Assembly (NCBI GenBank): GCA_051453625.1
Contig: JBOZIK010000001.1
Span: 27,150,085 to 27,199,866 of the forward strand
DNA from: Welwitschia mirabilis
Lineage: Eukaryota
Reading direction: 5' to 3'
Length of the DNA stretch: 49,782 nt
Made by a program: the position numbers and the translations under genes. The first letter of the stretch is position 1; each line of letters starts with the position of its first letter. This document shows, piece by piece, positions 39,041 to 49,782 of this stretch. The notes below the pieces were generated by a model. That model did no database searches. It saw only the letters and a program-made list of their open reading frames with translations, and was not told the DNA's origin.

Positions 39041-42000
39041 TTATTCTTTTTCAATTTGCTTTAGGTTTGGATGGTTCTGTAAAGATAGGGTTGGTTTTAT
39101 ATCTTCTTCCAAGCCTAAATCATTTCCTAAATATTTTTTAGTAGCATTAAATACTCGTATTGAAAATCGTTTATTTCCAAAGTGACATTTCATTAATCCA
39201 GTTTTAGTGTCTATGATGCAATGAGCTGTTGCACAGAAAGATCTAACTAGAAGTAGAGGATATTCATTTTGATGCTCAACTTCTAAAACAACTACGTCTA
39301 TGGGGTAAAAAGCTTCCTCGATGTGAATAACCAACTCCTTTATCACATCTAAAGGTCTTTTTATGGATGCATCAACTAACTCTAAGATAATTTGTATAGG
39401 TTCTATTCTCTCTTCTAATCCAAGACATTTATAAATATGCAAGAGCATGATATTAACACTAGCTCCTATATCTATTAAGGCTTTCTTAATTCTTCGGTTT
39501 ACCTCTAAGGTGATACTAATAGTTGCTACTCCTGGATTTTTAAATTTTGAATACTTCTTGAAAATTAAGTTGCTAATAGATTTAGCTAGGAAGATTTTAC
39601 TAGGGATCATTCATTTTTATTTCCTTCTAATTAGGTCTTTCTATAGCTTAGAGTATTTGGGGTTCTCTTACAAAGTTTTCAAAAAGGTAAGTTGATGCTT
39701 ATGTTTTGCATTAAGGCTTTTAAGTGATCTTCAAATATAGGATTTTTGCTAAAGATATTAAGCCATGAGGTAGTAGGTTTTTTTTATAAACAATTTTTCT
39801 TTTTATTACTAAGTGAAGAAGGAAAGGAATGATTTTCTAGAATTTCTATGTCCTCTTCCTTGTCATTCTTGTCATTTTGAAAAATTGAAGCCTTATGAGT
39901 AGGGGGAGTTATGTCATTTCCACTCCTTGTCACCATATTACAATCTTTTTGTACTTCTTTAGGGTTTGGTAAGGGTTCAGTGGTAAGGATCCCTTGTGAT
40001 CTTTGGTTATCAAGCATGGTTTATTACAAGATGTTTACTAGATTTTCTATGTTTGCGTTTATCTTCTCTTAAGTTTTTCTTAACTCCTCAATAGAATTCC
40101 TAAGTGGATCACTATGGTTTTAGGAGTTGGAAAGGTTTGCCAAGTTATTTAAATGGTTGGATTAAAAGTTTTGATGATCAAATCTATTTCCAAATGGTTG
40201 GGAGTTATGATAATGTATTTGGAAATTATTAGGTTGTTCATTTAACCTATGTTAAAAATTGTGATTGGGGACTTGTCTTTGGTTATAGTTTTAAATGTAA
40301 TTGGAGGGTCCTTGGTTTAAAGCATGAACTTCTTCATAAATTCTCTCTTTGCACGTAGAAAGTAAAGGACACTCTTTCATGATGTGATAACTATTCTCAC
40401 ATAAATTACAAATTGGAACAATAATTTGAATTTTNNNNNNNNNNNNNNNNNNNNNNNNNNNNNNNNNNNNNNNNNNNNNNNNNNNNNNNNNNNNNNNNNN
40501 NNNNNNNNNNNNNNNNNNNNNNNNNNNNNNNNNNTTTTTTTTATTGCTAAGTGAAGAAGGGAAGGAATGATTTTTTAAGATTTCTATGTCTTTTTCATTA
40601 TTATTCTTGTCACTTTGGGAAGTTGAAGCCTCATAAGTAGGAGGAGTTGTGTCATTTCCACTTCTTGCCACCACCTTATAATCTTTTCATACTTTGTTAC
40701 AGTTTGGTAAGGGTTGAGTGATAAGGGTCCCTTATGGTATTTGGTTGGCAAGCATGGATTATTGTAAAATGTTCACAAGATTTTCTATGTTAGCATTTAT
40801 CTTCTCTTGGGTTTTTCTCAACTCCTTGATAGAATTCCTAATAGGATCAACTATGGTTTTGGGAGTTGGAAGAGCTTGACATGTTATTTTAATAGTTGGA
40901 TTAAAAGTTTTGATGTTCAAATCTATTTTAGTAAGGTTGGGAGTTGGGATGATGTGTTTGAAAATTATTAAATCATTCATTCATCCTATGTTGAAAATTG
41001 TGATTAGGGACTTATCTTTGATTATAATTTTGAATGTAGTTGGAGGGTCCTTAGTTCAAAGCATGAACTTCTTCATAAATTCTCTCTTTGCATGTAGAGA
41101 GTAAAGGACATTCATTCATGATGTGATAACTATCCTCACATAAATCACAAGTTGGAACAACAATTTGACTTTTCTCAGTTGCTACTTTAGCATCAAGGAC
41201 CATCTGGGTGTATTTCTATAAAGTAGATGTGAAATCCTTAATGATGCTAGTTATTTCATTTTCTATATTGGTTATAGCTTGCTTGTGTTTGACTTCTTAG
41301 ATGTCTTTTATGATTTAACCTACTATTCTATTCTCTCTAGATGAGGGTTTTGGCCAAGTTTGACTTACTTCAACTAAATCTTTTAATATCTTCCAAGCAT
41401 CTTCTAAAGTTTGGTTTAAGAGGTTGCCTCCACAAGAGAAATCTACAAGTTACTTAGTATGACTGTTTAACCCACTATAGAAATAGTCTATTAATTCTAC
41501 CTCAGAAAAGGTGTCTATAGGATTTGAGTGTAAAGCCATAAAGAATCTCTCATAGGCAGAGGCATAATCTTCGTTAGGTAGTTGTTGGAAGTTTATGACC
41601 TTTTTCTTATATTTTGAGATGGTGGTTTTGTTCATAAATCTTTTGATAAAGGCTTCTTGAACTTGACTCTAAGATTTTAGACTTTTATAAGGGACTGTTC
41701 TAAGCCAAAGTTTAGCCTTATCTTGCAATGTAATAGGAAAAATGATCATGTAGGTTCTATCAGTTATTTGCTTTTTACCATTTCCAGAAGTATGAATGAG
41801 TTGTTTAATTTCAACAATGTGTTGTAGGGAGTCTTCATCAGGTTCTCCTCGAAAGATAGGGTAAGCATTTAGGTTTTTCAGTTTTACATCATTGCCAGAA
41901 GGTAAGTCGAAAGGGTTTTGGATTTTAAGTCTTTTATTCACTATAAGATCTCTTAGAGTCGCACGAGGAGTAAGAGTAATGATTTCAACGATAATAGGTG

Positions 42001-42231
42001 GATTTGGTGAGATAGGTTATTTTTGGTGAGAGGTTGATATAGTATTAGATTTTCCAAAATTAAAATCAGACTCTTTTACAAAATTAAAATAAAAAATTTA
42101 AGGAAATTCTAAAGTTTGTGTACCTGTGCTATTTTGATTTTCAATTTCAAATTTAGCAAACCTTCTCTAATATTTTCTGTAATGAACAGCTTTTATCGTT
42201 AATATTTTTTGTCTTTTTCTATTTAAACCAT
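39041..42231 (-). pseudogene. gag: Element D gag-protease remnant with an internal duplication
   Basis: Gag ORFs 41669-41941 and 41450-41635; CCHC knuckle CDLCEDSYHIMNEC; protease ALIDIGASVNIM (ORF 39041-39610). Confidence 0.9.
39792..41173 (-). repeat. Two diverged copies (~640 bp each) of the gag C-terminal region, either side of a 100-N gap
   Basis: 39792-40434 vs 40535-41173. Both encode the knuckle-linker ...SGND(I/T)TPPT...NHSFPSSLSNKK. Confidence 0.85.
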
Positions 42232-42500
42232 TTAGTTTTTGTTTAAAAATGTATCATCTTATAAGTTGTTTAGATAATAACCTGGATGACAAAAACAAAA
42301 AGCACAGACAACCACAAAAAAAGGGAAAGCAAAAAAGGAAATAGTTACCTGACTGTGATGTCTGGACGAATAAGAGGACATTAGATGTTAGTAAAAATAA
42401 AAACTAAAATAAAAACTTATAGAAGGTATTGGTATACCGCTGCTACAATAAACATCCAGAATATCCACTGAAGCAATAACAACTCTCGATTTCTAAGTAG

Positions 42501-42521
42501 CCTTCCCTACCAATGGCACCA
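42501..42521 (-). promoter_or_regulatory. PBS of D (tRNA-Asp type)
   Basis: tggtgccattggtagggaagg on the minus strand, 3 nt from the LTR. Confidence 0.8.
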
Positions 42522-42524
42522 ATT

Positions 42525-44504
42525 TGTTACGGTGCGAATTTATACAATGTTTCACGTCTTGATCTAAATCCTGTTAATTATAAATAAGATGCATAAACAA
42601 AACANNNNNNNNNNNNNNNNNNNNNNNNNNNNNNNNNNNNNNNNNNNNNNNNNNNNNNNNNNNNNNNNNNNNNNNNNNNNNNNNNNNNNNNNNNNNNNNN
42701 NNNNNNNNNNNNNNNNNNNNNNNNNNNNNNNNNNNNNNNNNNNNNNNNNNNNNNNNNNNNNNNNNNNNNNNNNNNNNNNNNNNNNNNNNNNNNNNNNNNN
42801 NNNNNNNNNNNNNNNNNNNNNNNNNNNNNNNNNNNNNNNNNNNNNNNNNNNNNNNNNNNNNNNNNNNNNNNNNNNNNNNNNNNNNNNNNNNNNNNNNNNN
42901 NNNNNNNNNNNNNNNNNNNNNNNNNNNNNNNNNNNNNNNNNNNNNNNNNNNNNNNNNNNNNNNNNNNNNNNNNNNNNNNNNNNNNNNNNNNNNNNNNNNN
43001 AAATTACAATGCAAAACCAATTTATAAAAAGAAATAACGATACCCCTAATCTAATCGAGCTCAACCTTGACAAAGGCTGCGTTCATAATCTATATAATAA
43101 AAGAAACCTATCATGAATCTTAAAAAATAAAAACTATGAGGGAGAGATTTCTGCATATATTGAACAAAAAGGATAATTTATATTAAAAAGCATAAAAGCA
43201 TCTACATTACAAAGTAGTCATTTCTCAATAAAGGAAATGCCGTCCAACACCAAGGGAACATCTCTCTATAATCACTAGATGGTTCTCTGGTCCCAAAATC
43301 TCCTATCATGAGAATGTGAGGTACTATCGCAGATGATTAGGGATTAATAAGGAGACCTTTATTTATAGACAGAAAAGAAAGGGAAACTGACAGAGAAGCA
43401 GAGGAGAAAACCTAGCTGACATGCAAAGTAAAGTCGCAAAGAAGTGGTGATAACTCAAAAAAACATTCAATAAAAGTGAGAGGGAACTATATCATCCTTC
43501 TAGTCATCCAAACGAAGTAGGAGATGATAAAGACTGATAATGAGATATCTGTTTATCTTTCAGTTTAACTGCTTGTGAATTGCATGTGGACTTGTTATCC
43601 CCCTGTTTGAGATGTTGTTCGCTAGTGACGTCTAAACAATTATGTGGATGACAAGCTTTTGTTGATCTTTAATTAATCTAATCACTCAGTTGTTTGCAAG
43701 AATCATTATNNNNNNNNNNNNNNNNNNNNNNNNNNNNNNNNNNNNNNNNNNNNNNNNNNNNNNNNNNNNNNNNNNNNNNNNNNNNNNNNNNNNNNNNNNN
43801 NNNNNNNNNNNNNNNNNNNNNNNNNNNNNNNNNNNNNNNNNNNNNNNNNNNNNNNNNNNNNNNNNNNNNNNNNNNNNNNNNNNNNNNNNNNNNNNNNNNN
43901 NNNNNNNNNNNNNNNNNNNNNNNNNNNNNNNNNNNNNNNNNNNNNNNNNNNNNNNNNNNNNNNNNNNNNNNNNNNNNNNNNNNNNNNNNNNNNNNNNNNN
44001 NNNNNNNNNNNNNNNNNNNNNNNNNNNNNNNNNNNNNNNNNNNNNNNNNNNNNNNNNNNNNNNNNNNNNNNNNNNNNNNNNNNNNNNNNNNNNNNNNNNN
44101 NNNNNNNNNNNNNNNNNNNNNNNNNNNNNNNNNNNNNNNNNNNNNNNNNNNNNNNNNNNNNNNNNNNNNNNNNNNNNNNNNNNNNNNNNNNNNNNNNNNN
44201 NNNNNNNNNNNNNNNNNNNNNNNNNNNNNNNNNNNNNNNNNNNNNNNNNNNNNNNNNNNNNNNNNNNNNNNNNNNNNNNNNNNNNNNNNNNNNNNNNNNN
44301 NNNNNNNNNNNNNNNNNNNNNNNNNNNNNNNNNNNNNNNNNNNNNNNNNNNNNNNNNNNNNNNNNNNNNNNNNNNNNNNNNNNNNNNNNNNNNNNNNNNN
44401 NNNNNNNNNNNNNNNNNTCATAGGAATTAAGCATTTATCTATTAATTCACTTGCAAAACAACTCAAAATACCCTATCAAATACACATAAGTTGGCGGCAT
44501 AACA
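42525..44504 (-). repeat. 5' LTR of D (length inflated by two N gaps)
   Basis: tgttacggtgcg...ggcataaca; the sequenced parts match 35804-36892. Confidence 0.9.
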
Positions 44505-44906
44505 TAGAAATAAAAATATTTCCATTTATAAGTTGAAAACTTTAATAGATTAATATGACATTCTAAGAGGAAAACAATTTTCTTTATGACTAAGGATTAT
44601 TGGAACTAATTTTTAATGTAGATGTTAAAAAGTATGAGTGTTATAATTATAAAAAATATGGCTGAAATCTAGAATTAAGTAAATATTAGAAGATTAAATG
44701 TTAAAATAAGGAAAGAAGAGGTAACTAAAAATATTAAAACTAAGGATCCAATAAAATTTTAATTTAGTTAACTAATTATTAGCATTTTCATTGATAAATC
44801 TAAAATTATAATTTAACCAACGAATATGGTCAAATGACTTGAAAGAAATTCCATAAATTTATTTTGAAATAACCTTGGATTTATCAAGTAGAAAAAGAAA
44901 GATGTT

Positions 44907-46186
44907 TCTTATAGTGTGTATTTATGTGTTTTTTAACTCCTTAGGTAAAAACCTATCAATCATAAATGTTTGCATAAAATGCATGCTAATAAAGATAGGA
45001 ATTGATAAAAATGTCATAATTCATTGAAGGAACTAAACTTAAAGTTAGAGAATTGATTTTGATAATGAATTTTTATTCTTTTATATTTAAGAAAATGAAA
45101 ATAAAGAATAATGTAATAAAATAATGTAAGATAAACACTACTGAAATGCTTAAATAAATTGCAATGGAAAACACTCTAAGTAATAGATCTATTCGACTAT
45201 CAATCTCTATCATTAAGATTGACATCAATAATCTAGATTAATTAAGAAAAACTATTACTACGCCCTAACCAACATAGGTAATAAGACACATTAAATAGAA
45301 TATAATGAGATGTAACTATTCTAGTATTATAATTATAGAAGTTTAAAATGAAATACAAAAACTAAACTAACAATATCAACCTCAATAAATATTTCCCTTA
45401 TCGTCCATATTAATTATAAAGCTATTATAGAATTATAACTATATAAATCATAAGATACATGAATATAATAAAAATAAGAAATAAATTTTAATTAATGTTA
45501 AACAAAGCATCCACTTACAAACATCAGCATCTCAATGGAGGATACATAGCCTAACACTGTGGAAGACTTCTGTCTCTAACTATGAATGGATATCTTGTCC
45601 TTTGATCTTCCAATACAAGATTCTTAGATGTTAAAGAAGATAATAGTTAAAGCAAGGATAAGAAGATTTTATTACAAGAAACATCCTAAAAATAGAAATC
45701 CTAATAACTAAAAAAAAATCCTAGTGGCACCAAAGGAGGACATGTGACACTTTGCAATATGTAGGTGAAGTTGGATGTATCGGTTATAACATTTGATGTA
45801 ATATCATTCTATATGTCATTCAAATAATTATTGAGATAATTCTAAATCATAAATGATCTTATATTAGCTTCTATCTCAATCCAATCAACATCCTTGTCAG
45901 CTATCATATTCTATCATTTAGCATAGTCATTTGAATGATAGTGGGGGTGAAAAAATTTTAAGTTCTTCCATTAAGTTAAATCAACCTTTTTAATTATCAG
46001 ATTCCTTTATAGAACGCTAAGTATTAGAATTTATATGAAATTTCTTCAAATATATCAAAGATTATACATTTATGTGATCATTTCATTAACTCTCTATTAT
46101 TGTCAAAACTTCATCTAAACCTATCTAAATGTCCTATAAAAGTACTCAAAATACCTATCAAATACATATAATTTGTCATCACAACA
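44907..46186 (-). repeat. 3' LTR of G (most similar in layout to the C LTR)
   Basis: Start resembles the B LTR (tcttatagtgtgtatttatg); ends aatacctatcaaatacatataatttgtcatcacaaca. Confidence 0.82.
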
Positions 46187-49100
46187 TAGTCCTCCACTTA
46201 GACTTATTATTTTTGGATAAAGTAGGTGAACAATTGTAATTGCAAAGCAAATCAAGTAAGATAAATATTAAAAAGGAAAATGTAAATCAAGCTTAGAAAT
46301 CTCATCATGTAGGATAAAGTATCAATATCTAATAGACTAAACATAGTACCTAGGTAAAGTATGAGGTACTGTCATCCTATTAGTCATTTAAACAATTGTG
46401 AAGATAACAGGCTTTAAAAATGAGACATAAAAAATCAATTGCTTATGAACATGCTCATTAAAAAATAGTACTAGAGTTCATAAAAACTACCAACATTTAG
46501 CACATCGAAAAATAGAAATCAAATGTCATATCAAAAAGTTATCATCAAAAGATAAAATCATAATATCCTAAATAAATGATGTATATGTCTAATTAAAATA
46601 ATGAAATCCAAAATGATATGTATAAATAAATTATTGAGTTTTAAGTAAAATCCACAAGGATTAAATACATTAAAAATAATGATAACATTGCTCCTCTCAT
46701 AACGCTATAGTTAAATCTTCATAAGAGCTTATATATGGAGTAGAGAAGGAGAACACTCTTTTATATTTCATAAATCCATACTGAGGGCCTACTAAAATGG
46801 TAGATGTAGAGGCTTGATAAACAAATACCCATAAAGCATATCATAGAAATAATATGAAATCATAGTGATATTAGTACATTTCATATATGTATTATGAAAA
46901 CTCAAAAATAACCTCCATAAATAAAATTTTTTCTTAAAAAAATCTCGAAAGTATGTTCCCTCCTCTCCAACCCTCAAATGTAAATGAATATATTCCATAT
47001 TGAATTAATATAAGAATAAAGAATAAGAAATACATTTTTAAATGTCATCCACCCATGTCATCTAAACAAATAGATGGATTATAGGCCTCTAAGAAAGATT
47101 GGTAAAAATGAAAGTTCAAATAAGATAAGAGTGTCAGCGACAATAATACTAAGGCCTTAAAAAATTAATATAAAGTCCAAAAAGTAGATAAAAGGTAAGA
47201 ATTATTATCATGGTAAAAGAGTCAAAAGTTTAGAAAATCAGGGCAAGAGAAAAGATATCATGATAAGATGATGATGATGCACTAAGAGAGAGAAGCAATG
47301 CTAAGAAAAGTACTCAAATGTGTCCAAACTCAAAATTATTTAAGAATATTAAGTAGATATGTGGAACCTTAAAAATATGCTAAATGGAAATCATTCATAT
47401 AGGGCTAAAATAAATTCAACCCCTATGGATTACAAAAAAAGTAAAAATAATAACAATAATAAAACTATTAAATGATCAAGTTCTAAACATTGTGATGAAA
47501 AAGTATGGAAATGAACTTGAAATATCAAGTAAAATTACTAAGGAAAACAAAATAAAAACAAAGAACTAGGAACATGAAAAAGATTATTTACCTATTCTAA
47601 ATTCTAACCTAACAAATTCCCTTAATAGAAATAAAAAAAAACCTAATTTATAATGCATGACATGATATCAAAAAGGTCATAAAATACCATTGAAATAGGC
47701 AGTAATTATGATGACATGAAGTATATCTAATATTTTTAAACAATAAATAATAAGATCGAAAGCTTTTCAAAAATGGATTCAGCTACTTATATCAAAAAAC
47801 CACAATATAATTTAAAAAATTAAAATAATCATGTGGGAGTACTATATGCTAAATAAGTCTAGAAAATAAGTAATGCCTCTGATGATACTGAGAACATAAC
47901 TAATCACATAGCCTTTAAGTGATAATTTTTTTCCATGATAAGGGTAGTGCAACCACTATTAGAAGACTAAGGGCCTATGAAGCATAGCTAAATAACTTCC
48001 ACTTCCCATAATTACCCACATTATTAAAGGTTCCTTTTAGAAAAATTTATCCTAGTGTGGTAGGACATCATGGTGATCATGTTTTTAGCTCAAATAGAAA
48101 ATATCATGGTCATTGTTTTTTCCTTCTCTTTCTCTTTTTCTTTTTTCTTTTCTAAAATCCCACATGACCAAGTAGTTTAAGGATGAGAGTGAAGCAAGAA
48201 AATAATAAATAAGGAATAATACATCCAAATAACTAAAGACTCACAACATTAACAGATAAGAAAATAACCAAGACATCTTCCTTTAAAATAAAGTTCATAG
48301 GCATACGATGTATTAAGATTGGGTGAATTTAATATTATCACTTTGAAATCCTAAGTAAAAGATTACTTGTCATTGTAACTTTATAAACTAAAATAGAAAT
48401 CAAGTTAAAAATGTTCAAGTGATAGCATGACATCCACCAAATTAACTAAGGAAGAATTCAAACAATAGTAGAAGGACGTCTAAGACAAGTGCTTCTATCA
48501 TGTTCAAGACTTGATCAATAGGTAACTCATCTATTTTTAATCTTTTATCCATCAACTTTTTGAATTTCCCTAATATTCAAATCAAAAATCTTAACTAAGT
48601 CATTAGAATGTACTTTATTTAAAAGATAAGAACCTAACCATAGAGAGGATAACTTGATATATAAAAGATGACACATAAAAATAAAAATTAAGGATAAAAA
48701 CATATCAATATAACATAAGAAGGAAATACCTAAACAAGCTTAAAATAAATTTTACTTAAATCTAATATTTTATTTAAAAGAAAAAGAAATAAATGTTCCT
48801 AAGACTATGGTCTTAGGTATTGTACTTTTTTTAAGAAAAAAGGAGTAAATCATAAAGAAATAAATTAATAAAACATAAAATGTGTACACTCATTTTTTAG
48901 TAAAAATAATTGGATGTAAAAATAGTAAAAGGACAAAACCTTGATAACACAAATTTCAAAATCTATATAAGAGATGAAAAAGTAATGGATTTTTCATTGA
49001 AAAATAATATCTTATTGAAGGAACATAAATCATCATTATCATTACATAATACATGCAATGAAATACTCAAATATGGATCCAAGAAGTTTTTTTAAGGCTT

Positions 49101-49782
49101 TTTAGAATGTTTAGTAAGATTAAGCGGCTTTCTAACATCAAATTTAAGATATGGATTTCTATCATGGAGGTAAGGATTTCCCTAATTATTATGACTAGAT
49201 AATACTTTGACTCCATAAAATTTATTAGCAATATAAGACATATAGAATTCATATAATTAATGTAGATTAAACTTATGGTATAAATAATTTGAAACATAGA
49301 TTTTACTCAAATATTAATATTGAAAATAGGAGAGATATTAATGCTACTATTAGAGATTAAATAATTTTGAGGAAACTTCTTAGGATAACTAATTAGAATA
49401 GGTTTAACATACTTACAAAGCTTTCTAACTTTTGATTATAAACATGGATTACTATCAAGAAGATAAAGTTTCACCTTTAGAATTCCAAGATATTGCAAGT
49501 CATATTTTTGAAAAGAGTAATTATTAAAGGCACAAATGGAGTTGATAAAAGAGGAAAAGATATTACTTTGAATATCACATGAAGTTTTAAGAGGAAAAGA
49601 TTAAGATATGTTAATAATAAACTCATCAAGGTTATGTATTTGATTAAAATCAAGGAAAGGGATGTGATTTTGTAAATTACATAAATGTTCAAATGGAAGA
49701 GATGGAGAAATGTTACCATTATCAAGATCATAAGATAATGTGGAAGTAGAACTAGAAGAAAGGATATTATTTGGGGTTTCAC
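44907..49782 (-). mobile_element. Element G: 3' LTR, PPT and long 3' non-coding region of another Athila-like element that runs off the window
   Basis: LTR 44907-46186; PPT gtctaagtggaggacta 46187-46203; blocks at 47830-48420 are homologous to B 10835-11890. Confidence 0.8.

Larger units (their letters stand above)
35804..44504 (-). mobile_element. Element D: non-autonomous Athila-like LTR retrotransposon encoding only gag and protease
   Basis: TG...CA LTRs 35804-36892 and 42525-44504; TSD TAGAA (35799-35803, 44505-44509); PBS 42501-42521; PPT 36893-36909; gag-PR only (the 991-N gap is too short for RT-RH-INT). Confidence 0.88.

Noticed and set aside
20573-46186. C LTR and G LTR as the two ends of one giant element
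   Set aside because: The polarity is wrong (C's PBS is on its left, G's PPT on its right), there is no shared TSD, and they are too diverged.
49477-49782. Hydrophobic 101-aa ORF as an env-like or membrane protein (similarly 27176, 31802, 32229, 37372)
   Set aside because: Leu/Ile/Phe richness is expected from T-rich DNA. There are no conserved motifs, and several lie antisense to TE coding remnants.

Overview
This is very AT-rich, CpG-depleted eukaryotic (plant-type) DNA with eight N gaps. I find no intact host gene, RNA gene or CRISPR array. The window is a nest of decayed LTR retrotransposons. (C) An Athila-like Ty3/gypsy element (minus strand, 191-21827; gag-PR-RT-RH-INT remnants) carries an LTR (1-190) inserted in its integrase. 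(A) A Sirevirus-like Ty1/copia element (plus, 2753-18180, TSD ACTTT) is inserted just upstream of C's protease. (B) A gag-protease-only Athila-like element (minus, 8902-16687, TSD TCTAT) splits A's 3' LTR. Further right are two older, heavily decayed gypsy pol remnants (E ~24690-26700; F ~29880-33449), a second complete gag-protease-only element (D, minus, 35804-44504, TSD TAGAA) and the 3' LTR/3' UTR of a relative (G, 44907-end). The most interesting signals are a gag-PR-only non-autonomous family beside an autonomous-type relative, a ~41-bp nested palindromic module repeated about 20 times across these elements, and hairpins conserved in their 3' UTRs. All assignments come from reading motifs by eye; no database searches were run.
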